This document shows, piece after piece, positions 1 through 18,351 of a stretch of 64,000 nucleotides of DNA. Numbering within the stretch: position 1 is the first letter of the stretch; every line of letters begins with the position of its first letter. A program made the position numbers and the translations under genes. The notes under the pieces were generated by a model, which saw nothing but the letters and a program-made list of their open reading frames with translations, was not told the DNA's origin and searched no databases. The stretch lies in contig CAXHJY010001510.1 in assembly GCA_964016885.1 (NCBI GenBank), positions 1-64,000 of the forward strand. The letters are read 5' to 3'. This DNA comes from Eledone cirrhosa. Lineage: Eukaryota.

Positions 1-1447
1 ATAACCTACACACACATATAACACACATATATACCTAAAATATACATACACAAACATATATACATACCCTACACACACATATAACACATATATACCTATA
101 TATACATACATACACACACATATAATACACATATATACATACACATATATATACCTACACACACATATAACACCTATATATACCTATATATACATACACA
201 TCCTTATATAACACACGTAAATACCTACATATACATACACACACATATAATACACATATATACATAACACACATATATACATACCTACACACACATATAT
301 ACATACCTACAAATACACACGTATACATACCTATATATACACACGTATGCATACATACACATACATATACTCACGAATACATGCTTATATATAGATACAC
401 ACATATACATACCTACACACACATATAATCACACATACATACATTACGCACACACACACGTATACATACGTACACACACACATAATCATGCAATACATAC
501 CTGCACACACACACACGTATACCTACTTACACTTACATACATACACGCGTATACATACCTACACATACAGACATATACATACCTTCATACATATACTCAC
601 ACATACATGCCTACAAACACACACACACACACATACACACACACACATACTATCCTATACATTCACCTACACACAAACACACTTACCTACACATACACAC
701 AAATACGCGCGTACACACACACCTTACTATACTTACACATACACACAAATACGCGCGTACGCGCACACATCTACACACACATATGTGCGCGCACACACAC
801 ACACATACCTACACACACACATACATACCTACACACACACACACTATATATATATACATGTGTGTGTGAGTAGGTGTGTGTGGTGTGGGTGTAGGTGTGT
901 GTGTGTGTGTATGTGTGTAGGTGTGTATGTGTGTGTGTAGGTGTGAGTGTTTAGGGTGTGTGGGTGTGTAGGTGTGTGTGTGTAGGTGTGTGTGTGTGTG
1001 TGTAGGTGTGTGTGTGTGTGTAGGTGTGTGTGTAGGTGAGTGTGTGTTCGTGTGTGTGTAGGTGTGTGTGTGTGTAGGTGTGTGTGTGTGTGTAGGTGTG
1101 TGTGTAGTGTGTGTGTAGGTGTGTGTGTGTTCGTGTGTGTGTGTGTGGGTTGTTGTGGGTGTCTAGGTGTGTGTGTGTGTAGGTGAGTGTGTGTTCGTGT
1201 GTGCAGGTGTGTGTGTAGGTGTGTGTGTGTTCGTGTAGGTGTGTAGGTGTGTGTGTGTAGGTGCATGTGTGTGTGTGGGGGGGGGGGGGGGGCGTGGTAT
1301 TTGAATGTCTAAATACCATAATATTAATGGCTGCCGATATTTAGACAGATGGCCACCAATGAGAGTGGAAGATGTAAGTTGATGTTATCAACCCCAGTAT
1401 ATGACTGGTAGGAGCGATTGTTATTGGTCTCAGAAGAATGGAAGGGA

Positions 1448-1662
1448 AAACAACAACAACAACAACAACAACAGCAGCAGCAGCAGCAGTAACGACAGCA
1501 ACAACAACAACAATTTAACCACCACCATCACCACCAACACCATCACCAACAACAACAATGACAACAACAACAACAATTTACACCACCACCACCAACACCA
1601 TCACCACCCACAACATCACCACCACCACTAACAACAACAACAACAACGACACCACCAACATC

Positions 1663-1693
<31 letters not shown>

Positions 1694-1918
1694 CCAACGC
1701 CACCACCACCAACACCACCACCACCACCACCACCAACAACAACAACGACACCACCACCACCACCAACAACAACACCAAAACACCACCACCAACACCAACA
1801 CCACCACCACCACCACCAACAACAACAACACCAACACCACCACAACAACAACAACACCAATACCACCACCAACAACAACAACAACACCACCAACAACAAC
1901 AACGACACCACCAACATC

Positions 1919-1949
<31 letters not shown>

Positions 1950-3100
1950 CCAACATCACCACCACCACCAACAACAACAACAACAACACCAACAACAACA
2001 ACAACAACAACAACACCAACAACAACAACAGCACTATAAAAACAACACCAACAACAACACCAACACCACCAACAACAACATCACTACCACCACCACCAAC
2101 AACAACAACACCACCACCCACCAACAGCAACGACACCACCAACATCACCACCACATCACCAACAACAACAACAACACCAACAACAACACCACCAACAACA
2201 ACAACAGCACTATAAAAACAACACCAACAACAACACCAACACCACCAACAACAACATCACCACCACCACCAGCAACAACAACAACATCACCACCACCAAC
2301 AACAACAACAACACCACCACCACCAACAACGACACCACCAACATCACCACCACACACCACCAACAGCAACAACAACAGCACTATAAAAACAACACCAACG
2401 ATGACAGCTGAAGAAGTGAAATGCTGCTGTTGTCAATGACAACGGTCTCGAAAATGACGGCCATGATGTAGATTGAAAATGACAAAATTAGCAGAGAACT
2501 GATTGTTCGTGGTGGTGGTGGTGTGGTGGTGTGGTGGTGGTGGTGGTGGTGGTGGTGGTGGTGGTGGTGGTGAGGTGTGGTAGTGGTGGTGGTGGTGGTC
2601 GGGTGGTGGTGGTGGTGGTGGTGAGGTGTGGTAGTGGTGGTGGTGGTGGTGGTGGTGGTGGTGGTGGTGGTGGTGTGGTGGTGGTGGTGAGGTGTGGTAG
2701 GTGAGTGGTGGTGGTGGTGGTGGTGGTGGTGGTGGTGTGGTGGTGTGGTGGTGGTGGTGGTGGTGGTGTGGTGGTGGTGGTGAGGTGTGGTAGTGGTGGT
2801 GGGTGGTGGTGGTGGTGGTGGTGTGGTGGTGGTGGTGAGGTGTGGTGGTGGTGGTGGTGGTGTGGTGGTGGTGGTGAGGTGTGGTGGTGGTGGTGAGGTG
2901 TGGTGGTGGTGGTGAGGTGTGGTGGTGGTGGTGGTGGTGGTGGTGGTGGTGGTGGTGTGGTGGTGGTGGTGAGGTGTGGTGGTGGTGGTGGTGGTGGTGG
3001 TGGTGGTGGTGAGGTGTGGTGGTGAGGTGGTGGTGGTGGTGGTGAGGTGGTGGTGGTGAGGTGTGGTGGTGGTGTTGAGGTGTAGTGGTGGTGAACTGAT
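1448..3100. repeat. Trinucleotide low-complexity blocks (CAA/CAC)n then (GGT)n
   Basis: Direct inspection. Confidence 0.9.
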
Positions 3101-3439
3101 TGGTGGTGGAGTGGGTCGTGGTGTTGTGGTGGTGGTGGTGTTGGTGTTGTTGGGAAGTGGTGTGGCGGTGATGTTGGAGTGGTGGTGGAGTGGTGTTGTC
3201 TTGGAGTGTGGAGTGAATGGGGGTGGTGGTGTTGTGGGGGAGTGGTGGAGTGTTATTGTGGGGTGAGGTGGTGCGGTAGTGTGGCGTAGGATGATAGTGT
3301 GGTGGTGTGGTGTGGTAGTCTGTTGGGGTCGTGGGGGTATGGGGTGGTGTTGTGTAGTTCTGGGGTGCGTTGGTGTGGTGGTGTAATGTGGTTCTGGGGT
3401 TGTGTTGTATAGTAGTTGGGTGGTGTTGAGTGGGTGTGG

Positions 3440-3566
<127 letters not shown>

Positions 3567-3587
3567 ATATATATATTTATATATATT

Positions 3588-3622
<35 letters not shown>

Positions 3623-3717
3623 ATATAAATATATATATATTTATATATATATATATTTAAATATATATATATTTATATATATATATATTTATATATATAT
3701 ATATATATATATTTAAA

Positions 3718-3801
<84 letters not shown>

Positions 3802-3832
3802 AGAACAAAATATGGTTAAAGGAGTTCCATGT

Positions 3833-3901
3833 ATTTTATTATGCGCATTTCAAAAACAAATATCATCATGCAATAATATTTGTGTTTTCATCAGATAAAA
3901 C
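3833..3901 (-). ncRNA. Type I hammerhead ribozyme
   Basis: GUUUUAU CUGAUGA AAAC ACAAAUAUUAUU GCAU GAUGAUAUUUGU UUUU GAA AUGCGCAU A AUAAAAU. It has a 7-bp stem I, a long stem II and a palindromic stem III. Confidence 0.8.
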
Positions 3902-4266
3902 AGGAGGACATGATATGAAGGCTAAAAAACACTTGTGGATAGTTCAGTTTTAAATCAACATATGAGAAGTAGTTTTAGATTGATGTGTGATATTGGGAAA
4001 AAATATTTTATTTAGAGGGGGGTGGGGTGGAAAGGATGAAAAAAAGAGGAGGAGATGAGAGTGAAGGTGGGGGAGGGGAGGAGTATAATGAGGAAGGATG
4101 AGATAGGAGGAGAGATGGGTGATAGAGAGAGAGATAGTTTTTATAACTGAGAAAGATATATTGTTTTACATAGAGAGGTTGAAAACCGTTGGAAGATAAT
4201 GTATAAATTAAAAGAATTTGAAAATTAACGAAGGGAAAAATATGTGCTGTAGAATCTCATCTCTAT

Positions 4267-4460
4267 ATATAGATGAGATTCTACAGGACTAGAACTGTTT
4301 CATTCTTTAGAAATCATCAGCGATTCCTGATGATTTCTCAAGAATGAAACAGTTCTAGTCCTGTAGAATCTCATCTATATTAAAACTTTTATACTCTACT
4401 ATGTATTGAGTACCTTACTTACTGTGGTTACCTCCGATTCAACCCGGAATAACTTACCTA
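4267..4460 (+). mobile_element. Short HHR-bearing element (family A) with an inverted 5' copy, ending in (TA)n
   Basis: Inverted arms at 4267-4320 and 4327-4380. The same sequence recurs at about 35150-35320, 41205-41341, 49901-49962, 52090-52135, 57660-57750 and 63337-63513. Confidence 0.8.
4322..4370 (+). ncRNA. Type I hammerhead ribozyme (family A)
   Basis: GAUUC CUGAUGA U UUC UCAA GAA U GAAACAG UUCUAGUC CUGU A GAAUC. Stems I and III pair fully, the triplet is GUA, and there is a U.U at the base of stem II. Confidence 0.75.
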
Positions 4461-4518
4461 TAATATATATATATATATATATATAAATATATTATATATA
4501 TATTATATATATATATAC

Positions 4519-4555
<37 letters not shown>

Positions 4556-4635
4556 TTATATATATATATATGTGTGTGTGTATATATATATAATATATAT
4601 ATATATATATAAATATATATATACATATATATATG

Positions 4636-4670
<35 letters not shown>

Positions 4671-4791
4671 ACATACATATATGTATATATATACATATAA
4701 ATATATACATATATACATATACATATGTATACATATATATATATACATATATACATATATATAATATATATATATACATATATATAAATAT

Positions 4792-4826
<35 letters not shown>

Positions 4827-5198
4827 CATATATATAAATATATACATATATACATATATATACATATACATATATACGTATATATACATATATACATATA
4901 TATATACACATATATACATATATATACACATACACACATATATATACACATACACACACATATATATATACATATATATACACATACATATATATATACA
5001 AATATATACACATACAATATATATATATATACATACATATATATACACATACATATGTATATATGTATGTACATACATATATACACACATACATATATAT
5101 ATGTATATACATATATATATACATATACATATATATATACATATGTATACATATATATATATACACATACATATATATACATATATATACATATATAT

Positions 5199-5236
<38 letters not shown>

Positions 5237-5344
5237 CTATATATATATATATACATATTCACATATATATACATATCCATATATATATATATACATATCC
5301 ACATATATATATATACATATCCATATATATATATGTATATCCAC

Positions 5345-5375
<31 letters not shown>

Positions 5376-5630
5376 CATATATACACACATATATATATAT
5401 ATATACACACACATATATAAATATACACTCACACACATATATATACACTCACACACATATATATATACATACATATATATACATATATATATATATACAC
5501 ACACATATAAATATACATATATATATATATATACATACACACACACACAGATATATATATACATATATATATGTATATATGTACATATATATATATATAT
5601 ATATATGTGTATATATGTACATATATACAC

Positions 5631-5705
<75 letters not shown>

Positions 5706-6336
5706 CATGCATACATATATTTAAAGAGATCAAAAGTTTGGCATGATTCCACACTACAAGCATCCAAGTCACTCTCCATAACTCTGGCAATTAACTCTGA
5801 TTGTCTTCGATTTGAAAGCAACGAAACGTCTTGGAGTGGGATTTCAATCAGAATTGTGGCAAAACTAAGAATTCTTCATTGAAATGAAAGTCTCAAAGAC
5901 ATTTTACCAAAATTCTTTTACGCTACGTTCTTAATTAGAAGAAGCATCAGGTGGGGTTTCACAAAGTGTTTCCTATTTTTCTAGATTCTGCTAGCATGCA
6001 AACTGACCAAAGATGTAACTCTCGCTTTCATGATAGTTATTTTCTCACCCTTTCTCTTACTATCTTTCTCTCACTCTCTCTCTTACTCTCTTTCTCTCAC
6101 TCTCTCTCTTACTATCTTTCTCTCACTTTCTCTCGTACTCTCTTTCTCTTACTATCTTTCTCTCACTCTCTCTCTTACTATCTTTCTCTCTCTATCTTTC
6201 TCTCACTCTCTCTCTCATACTATCTTTCTCTCACTCTCTCTCGTACTCTCTTTCTCTCTCTATCTTTCTCTCACTCTCTCTCTTACTCTCTTTCTCTCTC
6301 TATATTTCACATACTCTCTCTCTTACTATCTTTCTC

Positions 6337-6392
<56 letters not shown>

Positions 6393-6675
6393 GCTCTCTC
6401 GCACATTCCCTCTTTAGCTATGTATTTCTTCATCCCTCTCTCTCTCTCACACACACACACACTCTCTCTCTCTAGAGCTATCTATTTATCTATCCATATC
6501 TCTCTCTCTCTCTCTATCTATCTATCTCTCATACACACTCTCTCTCTCTAGATATCTATTTATTTATCCCTATCCCCCCCTTCTCTCTCTCTCACACACT
6601 CTCTCTCTAGCTATCTATGTGTTTATGTATCTCTACATCTCTTTCACTATATATATATACATGTTTGAGCATGAG

Positions 6676-6730
<55 letters not shown>

Positions 6731-6743
6731 GTTTTTATCGCTT

Positions 6744-6834
<91 letters not shown>

Positions 6835-6878
6835 CGATAAAAAGAATATATATATATATATGTATGTGTGTCTGTGTG

Positions 6879-6911
<33 letters not shown>

Positions 6912-7607
6912 TATATTTGTGTGTGTATGTATATGTGTGCCTGTGTGTGTGACTGTCTCTGTGTTAGTGTGTTAGTGTGTATGTATGTGTATCCGTGTGT
7001 ATATATGTCTGTGTTAGTGTGTGTGTATTAGTGTGTGTGTGTGTGTGTGTGTGTGCGTGTCTGTGTTAGTTTATGTGTGTGTGTGTGCGTGTCTGTGTTA
7101 GTGTGTGTGTGTGTATGTGTGTGTGAGTGAGTGTGTCTGTGTTAGTATGTGTGTGTGTGTATGTGTGTGTATCCGTGTGTATATATGTATGTGTTAGTGT
7201 GTGTGCGTGTCTGTGTTAGTGTGTGTGTGTGTGTGTGTGTGTGAATGAGTATGTCTGTGTTAGTTTGTGTGTGTATGTGTGTGTATCCGTGTGTATGTAT
7301 GTATGTGTTAGTGTGTGTGTGTGTGTGGCGTGTCTGGGTTAGTGTGTGTGTTGTGTGTGTGTGCGTGTCTGTGTTAGTGTATGTGTGTGTGTATGTCTGT
7401 GTGAGTGAGTGTGTCTGTGTTAGTGTGTATGTTTGCGTATCCGTGTGTGTGTGCGTGTCTGTGTTAGTGTGTGTGTGGGTATGTGTGTGTATCCGTGTAT
7501 ATATATGTCTGTGTTAGTGTGTCTGTGTTAGTGTGTGTGTTAGTGTGTCTGTGTTAGTGTGTGTGTGTTAGTATGTGTGTGTGTGTGCGCGTGTCTGTGT
7601 TAGTGTG

Positions 7608-7639
<32 letters not shown>

Positions 7640-7884
7640 CTGTGTTAGTGTGTGCGTGTGTGAGTCGTGGGGGGGGCGTGTACGTGTGTTTGCATATATG
7701 ATTAATGGAGAGCACGAAAAGAGGAACACGAGAGCATAAACCTTTCAGTACTAAACCAATGACGATCTTTCACAGGTGGACCAACTAATTTGCATATCCA
7801 CGTGAGATTGTCAGAGAGTTAAGAAATTAGCTAATGCAAACAACCCAAACGATATGAGAATTAAACCCACGTAAGAATAAACGT

Positions 7885-8094
7885 TTCTTATATTGGCACA
7901 AGGCCAGCAATTTTGGGGGAGGGGGAAAGTCGATTAAATCGACCCCAGTGCGTGACTGGTACTTTATTTTATCGACTGCGTAAGGATGAAAGGCAAGGCT
8001 AACCTCGGTGGGATTTGAACTCAGACCATAAAGGCCCGTAACTCTTTGCTGCAAAGCATGGCGTCCGACCCTCTACCGATACTGCCAATCCACC

Positions 8095-8096
<2 letters not shown>
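7885..8096 (-). mobile_element. tRNA-derived SINE with a Meta-like central domain
   Basis: Reverse complement of TGGCAGTATCGGTAGAG...GTTCAAATCC...GCCTTTCATCC..GTCGATAAAATAAAGTACCAG; (ATT)n adjacent. Confidence 0.8.
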
Positions 8097-8133
<37 letters not shown>

Positions 8134-8199
8134 TGTTTCTACTTAACATACACACATACATATATGTATATATATATAGGAAGAATTTATATACATATA

Positions 8200-8241
<42 letters not shown>

Positions 8242-8252
8242 CATATATTATA

Positions 8253-8330
<78 letters not shown>

Positions 8331-8353
8331 CATATACATATATATATATATAT

Positions 8354-8389
<36 letters not shown>

Positions 8390-8417
8390 CATATATATAT
8401 AATATATATACATATAC

Positions 8418-8489
<72 letters not shown>

Positions 8490-8509
8490 CTGCACCTATG
8501 ATTGCGTAA

Positions 8510-8564
8510 GCATCTGACGAAGTCGCATGAATAACCATCCATGTGACAGAAATATATATCATGC
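8510..8564 (+). ncRNA. Type I hammerhead ribozyme
   Basis: GCAU CUGACGA A GUCGCAUG AAUAACCAUC CAUGUGAC A GAA AUAUAUAU C AUGC. It has an 8-bp stem II and an AUC triplet, and starts about 20 bp after a (TA)n tract. Confidence 0.75.
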
Positions 8565-9060
8565 AATTATGGGGATTTAATCCCGTCTTAACTTTTCCCA
8601 TTATTCCTCAGAAAGAATTCACCTCTCAATGAAGGAACTGAAATTCTTCCAATATTGATTATTCCAAAGTCTTAGAATTGCCGATGTTGTATCTTGTGTT
8701 CCAAAAACCATGGCCGGGGTATATATATACTAAAAATTTACCTAAACGTGTGCCAAAAGTTTGATGGATAGGAGTAAAAAAGCGAGTGTAAATATTTATA
8801 AGAGCTACACGGCCTTGTTTATGGATTTTGTTATTTACTAAGACATGTATTTTGATACATGGAATCTGTGATATTACTGTATTTCATTGTGTTGTTGTTT
8901 TTATTAGTTTAGAGATCTGTTGGGCTTCTGCTACTGATACAGTACTTTAGACTCTGGCTTGAATTTCAAGTCCTTCAAAAGACGTGTAAATGTAATAGTG
9001 GACCCCATTAGTTAAAGCTTAAAGAAAGTGTAGAAAATTCGACTTTTTTTATTTATCACG

Positions 9061-9133
<73 letters not shown>

Positions 9134-9175
9134 TATATATATATATATAATATATATATATATAATATATAATAT

Positions 9176-9252
<77 letters not shown>

Positions 9253-9343
9253 TATAGTAATAATAATAAATTTGAAGACTAAAATCCAAAGAGGGCTCGA
9301 TAAGGATAAATATATATCAAATATATATAAAATATATATATAT

Positions 9344-9375
<32 letters not shown>

Positions 9376-9398
9376 ATATATATATATATAATATATAT

Positions 9399-9459
<61 letters not shown>

Positions 9460-9528
9460 TATATAATATATATATATATATAAAATATATATATATATAT
9501 AATATATATATATAATATATATATATAT

Positions 9529-9597
<69 letters not shown>

Positions 9598-9646
9598 TAT
9601 ATATAAAATATATATATATATATATATATAATATATATATATATAT

Positions 9647-9678
<32 letters not shown>

Positions 9679-9703
9679 ATATATTATATATATATATATA
9701 TAT

Positions 9704-9736
<33 letters not shown>

Positions 9737-9886
9737 ATATATATATTATATATATATATTATATATATATATATATATATTATATATATTATATATATAT
9801 TATATATATATATTATATATATATATATTATATATATATATATGTATTATATATATATATATTATATATATATTATATATATATTA

Positions 9887-9917
<31 letters not shown>

Positions 9918-9985
9918 ATATATTATATATATATATATTATATATATATATATGTATTATATATATATATATTATATATATATAT

Positions 9986-10017
<32 letters not shown>

Positions 10018-10054
10018 ATATATTATATATATATATATTATATATATATTATCG

Positions 10055-10236
10055 TGGATTGGCAGTATCGGTAGAGGGTCGGACGCCATGCTTTCCAGCA
10101 TAGTTACGTCCCTTTACGATCTGAGTTGAAATCCCGCCGAGGTTGACTTTGCCTTTCATCCTTACGGGGTCGATAAAATAAAGTACCAGTAATGTACTGG
10201 ATAATTGCTGGCCTTGTGCCTAAAGTAGAAACAATT
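10055..10236 (+). mobile_element. tRNA-derived SINE (same family)
   Basis: A-box-like TGGCAGTATCGG, B-box-like GTTGAAATCC, GCCTTTCATCCTTACGGGGTCGATAAAATAAAGTACCAG, tail GTAGAAACAATTA. Confidence 0.85.
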
Positions 10237-10942
10237 ATATATATATACAAATAAATATATATATAAATATATTTATAAATATATATATAAATATATATAT
10301 ATAAATATATATATATAAATATATATATATAAATATATATATATAAATATATATATATAAATATATATATATAAATATATATATAAATATATATATAAAT
10401 ATATATATAAATATATGATATATATAAATATATATATATATAAATATGTATATACATATATATATATATATATAAATATATATATAAATATATATATAAA
10501 TATATATATAAATATTTATATATATATATATATATATATATAAATATATATATACATATATATATTTGATAAGCTCATAGCCTCATTGATAATGCAACGG
10601 TTATACATTTCCACAAAGTACGAGGGAAACTGCCGATAGTCGAGACTAGAGGAATTTTTGGTAACATTTATCTATTATTTCTTCAAACTTACATATTAAA
10701 CTTATTTCCGTTTAAATGATTATTTGTCTAGTTAATTTCTACGGACTAAGAAGAAAAACTGGGTAAATTTTATCTGACTGTTCCTCATAAAGGAATATTG
10801 GTAACATTTATCTGTTATTTCTCAAATTAACCAGATAAATAATCATTTTAAACTTAACTCCGTTTAAATGATTATTTATCTGGTTAATTTCTACGGACTA
10901 AGAAGAAAAACTGGGTAAATTTTATTGACTGTTCTTCAAACT

Positions 10943-11011
<69 letters not shown>

Positions 11012-11285
11012 GTCTTTTTAAGACTATATAGAGCATTTGTAGTTTTTCCAAATTGAAGGATGAGTATTTAAACTTTATTTTATTCTGAGTTAAGACTCTA
11101 TTGGTTTTTTTCCCTGGATTTCACAAAATCTCTGAATAAAATCTCTGTCTTGATTTTTTTTTTAATTGAGTTTGAATTATTTTCCCACATCTTACGTTAA
11201 ATATTTTCCATTTTTACGTTATAGTCACTTATATATTATGAAATACTGTTGGCTTCTTGCTCACATTAATTCCTCTACTTTTATT

Positions 11286-11443
<158 letters not shown>

Positions 11444-11824
11444 TGTGTGTGTCTGTAAGCCGCCCAACCAATTCTCCCTTTCCAACGCCGTAAATAATTT
11501 AATGTTAAAAATGTTCAATCTTATCTTTTTTCCTTCCACAAAACGTAAAGATATTTCCGTGTAGTTCACCGGAAGTGGTGGTAGAATTAAGGTCTGGTAC
11601 ACTTCCGCTTTGAATTAAGATGGCATTCCTAAATACTACTTCCGTTTCACATATGGAAGATCTGTATGTATGTGTATATATATGTATGTATATATATCTA
11701 TGTATGTATATATATACATATATATATATATAAATATGTGTGTGAGTAATGTGTGTGCAACTTCTCAAAATAACATCTCTCTCTCTCGATATATATATAC
11801 ATATATACATACATACATACATAA

Positions 11825-11891
<67 letters not shown>

Positions 11892-12064
11892 TCGAAACGG
11901 CCGGAGCTCAGCCGTCGGGGTTTTGTGTCTGTTCCTATATATATACAGAGAGAGGGAGAGAGAGAGAGACAGAGAAAGAGAGCGGGATATCTATACATAA
12001 ACACACAGACAAATATATCGACAGATAGGTAGATAGAAAAATAGATAGATAGATAGATAGATAA

Positions 12065-12101
<37 letters not shown>

Positions 12102-12844
12102 TTTCTTTATTTACCACAAGGGCCCACTAGAAAAGGGGACAATAGAAAGACATGCCGGGGATTTTACATACAATCGTGTAAAAAATATAAAACAAACAAA
12201 TATTTGATAGATAGAGATATAGATAGATAGACAGATAGATAGACAGATAGATAGATAGATAGACAGATAGAAAGATAGATAGATAGACAGATAGATAGAC
12301 AGATAGATAGATAGATAGACAGATAGATAGACAGATAGATAGACAGATAGATAGATAGATAGACGGATAGATTGTTACAGTTGAGTATATATCTATTTTT
12401 CTATAAACAGATGAAAAAGTTTACATTGACCAAAGAGAAACACACACATAAAGACTGACAAACCCACATATATACATATGGACATTACAGGATATATATA
12501 TACATACACACCAATATATATATATATATGTGTGTAGACTAAGTGAAAATTATGTAAAAAAAATATACACAATTACGACACATATGGTGTGTATGAACGT
12601 ATATCTGTATATATAGACGTGCGTGTAAGCACACAGATGATTACAGGAACGTATGTATATATATATGTATATTCATAAATGTATGCACACACTTACACAT
12701 ACACACACACACACACAAATATATATATATATATATATATACGTACATACATATATACATACATACATATATACATACATACAATCTGCCTTCAGCATAC
12801 TATCGACTCACATTGCACATTGCGTAGCCACAACTTTGGTAGAA

Positions 12845-13875
<1,031 letters not shown>

Positions 13876-14008
13876 TACACAGTTATATAAATAAATAGAC
13901 AGATCCCAAACGACGTAGCGGAGAACAGAGAGCTTCCGGCAAAGTAAAGTATGGTAGCATTTAGTTTGACAACTTTCTGGATATGATGACAAATAGATCA
14001 CCTCCTTA

Positions 14009-14044
<36 letters not shown>

Positions 14045-14051
14045 ATATATA

Positions 14052-14116
<65 letters not shown>

Positions 14117-14197
14117 ATATATATGATATATATATATATATATATATATATGATATATATATGATATATATATATATATATATATATGATATATATA

Positions 14198-14243
<46 letters not shown>

Positions 14244-14280
14244 CAGAGACAGAGCAAAGAGCAAATGACAGGTGGACGGA

Positions 14281-14332
<52 letters not shown>

Positions 14333-14356
14333 TTATATATACATATTTATATATAT

Positions 14357-14393
<37 letters not shown>

Positions 14394-14597
14394 GATATAT
14401 ACATATACATATATATACATACAAATACATACATATACACATATAAATACATATATATATACACATATATATACACACACACACACATATATATACATAT
14501 ATACACACATTATATATACACACACACACATATATATACATATATACACACATATATATATATATACACACACACACATATATACACACACACACAC

Positions 14598-14719
<122 letters not shown>

Positions 14720-14878
14720 ATATATACATATATATATACATACATACATACACACACATATATATATATACATAAATACATACACACATATACATATACA
14801 TATATATTCATGTATATATATATATATATATTCATATATATATATATATATTCACATATATATATATATATATCTATA

Positions 14879-14910
<32 letters not shown>

Positions 14911-15064
14911 CACATATATACATACGTATGCAGAAAGAGAGTCACGAGAAGAAGTCTCGGTTTGATAATTCTTTTTTTTTTTTAACTTTTTCTATCAGAA
15001 AAATATTTTTTTAGTTTTTTGTTCCCATTTCATTTTTTTTTACTTTTTAATACATTATTATCAA

Positions 15065-15104
<40 letters not shown>

Positions 15105-15898
15105 TTTCACTTTTATTCAGTGAGTTTCGTTAATGTTTGCTGCCAGCCTCGAACTTTCCCCTCGCCCGCTGTTAATACATGTTAAAAAGTTCAGTCCACG
15201 TTGACTAATATCTTGAAGCAATTTGTCAAATAGTTATACGAAATAGTGAAACGAACGAAACGAAACGAAACGAAAAACCAAGAATCGCCAAAGCCAACTC
15301 TATTAGATTTTATTATTTTATTTTATCTTGTATTCATTTTTTATTAGTTATTTTTTTACCCCAAAAACTATTAAACAGTGATATTTTTATTTATCTATTA
15401 ATTTATTTATTCGTTTCAGCAAATCGATATTTTTTCTTCTTTTTTTTACAAGAGGACATAGATTTCAGGGGAAGTGATGGTATATGGTATTGTTTTGTTG
15501 TTGTTGTTGTGGTGGTGGTGGCTGCAAGTGGTTCTGGTGATGGTGGTGATGGGAGTTGGCTGTGGTGATAGTTTGGTTAAAAGTTTGATACGGGTTTGGG
15601 TGAGGTGTAGCAAGATAAGATTTTTGGCTGAAATTTTTCGAAGACCGTTTAGTTTGTCAAAATGTTGGCGGATATGACGAAATTTTGTGAAGATGATTGT
15701 GGAGGTGGTGTTAGAGGTGGTGGTGGTGGTGGTCGGTGGAGTTTGGAGGAGTTTAGTGGGGGGTTGTGCCAGGTTGGTCGGGTCTGGTAGAGTTTGGTAG
15801 TGGGGCTGATGAGAAGCGTGATAATGCTGAACGAAGATGGTTTGGTTTTGATGAAAACTTTTTGAGATTTGTTATTACACAAACACACACATGTATGC

Positions 15899-15953
<55 letters not shown>

Positions 15954-16179
15954 CATAGATACCCAAATACATGTGTATGTGCGTATGGATACACACACAC
16001 ATATATATATATGTGTATGTATGTATATATTGCATATATTTGCGTAGAGATTTCACTATCGACTCACGCACAGTTATGCCTATATACACACAAACATATA
16101 TACACATATAATTGGTTATTCTAGTCAGCCGACGGCCTGACATTCCACATTTGCTCAAAACACATTGGAACACATAAGC

Positions 16180-16279
<100 letters not shown>

Positions 16280-16287
16280 ATATATAT

Positions 16288-16332
<45 letters not shown>

Positions 16333-16342
16333 ACTCTCTCTG

Positions 16343-16397
<55 letters not shown>

Positions 16398-16641
16398 GTA
16401 TCTCAAAGTTTCCTATAAGACTTTTACATAAAAAAAAACCCAAAAAATTATGTTCCTAAGTTTGCTCCCCTTTAGAAAGACCACGTGATTTAGCGGGCAT
16501 TTATCGATTACCACATATCACGATTGTTATGTGAGTGTGTGTATGTATGCATGAATATGTATGTGCGCGTGTGCGTAAATATGTGTGTCGCATTTAACGC
16601 TTTGGTAGACATATTTCAACATGTACGTATATATATATATC

Positions 16642-16977
<336 letters not shown>

Positions 16978-17215
16978 TGTATATATATATATACATGTGT
17001 ATATATATATATACATATGTGTATATATATATATATACATATGTGTATATATATATATATACATATGTGTATATATATATATATATACATATGTGTATAT
17101 ATATGTATATATATATTCATATGTGTATATATGTATTTATATATATATATACATATGTGTACATATATATATGTATATATATATATAATTATATATATAT
17201 ATACATATGTATATA

Positions 17216-17517
<302 letters not shown>

Positions 17518-17560
17518 CATATATATATATACATATATATATATACATATATATATATAC

Positions 17561-17636
<76 letters not shown>

Positions 17637-17946
17637 ATATATATATATATACATATATTGTATCATACACATGCAAACACGAATTTCTGGAAAAAATATC
17701 TCCATATTTCTCAACCTTTACTCGGGTCAGTTGGTACAAATGCCAACGTGGTGCACGTGGTGAACTCTGACCAAAGGTGAAGTGCACTTTTATGCATACC
17801 ACGTATTCACACCTATATGGATATATTACATTGTTGAATTCAACCTCTGCTTGATACTTATTTACACCTGCATTAACCCGTGACATTCATCAGTTCAAAC
17901 GTTTACAGCTCTCTCTCTATATATATCTGTTAAATTGCTCCCCTCC

Positions 17947-18002
<56 letters not shown>

Positions 18003-18112
18003 AAGAGAGAGAGAGAGAGAGAGGGGGGGAGACAGACAGACAGATATATATCTATATATATATATACACATATCTCTATATATATATACATATATATATA
18101 TATATACATATC

Positions 18113-18221
<109 letters not shown>

Positions 18222-18300
18222 ATATATATATATATATATATGCATGTACATTCATATATATACATATACACACATAAATATATTTATATAAATACATACA

Positions 18301-18351
<51 letters not shown>

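Noticed and set aside
1558-2439. 293-aa poly-T/N/Q/H/P ORF
   Set aside because: Trinucleotide low-complexity DNA that is open in several frames, with no domain or splice support.
5790-5835. GAAACGUC preceded by a hairpin
   Set aside because: The upstream core reads CUGAUUG and stem I does not pair.
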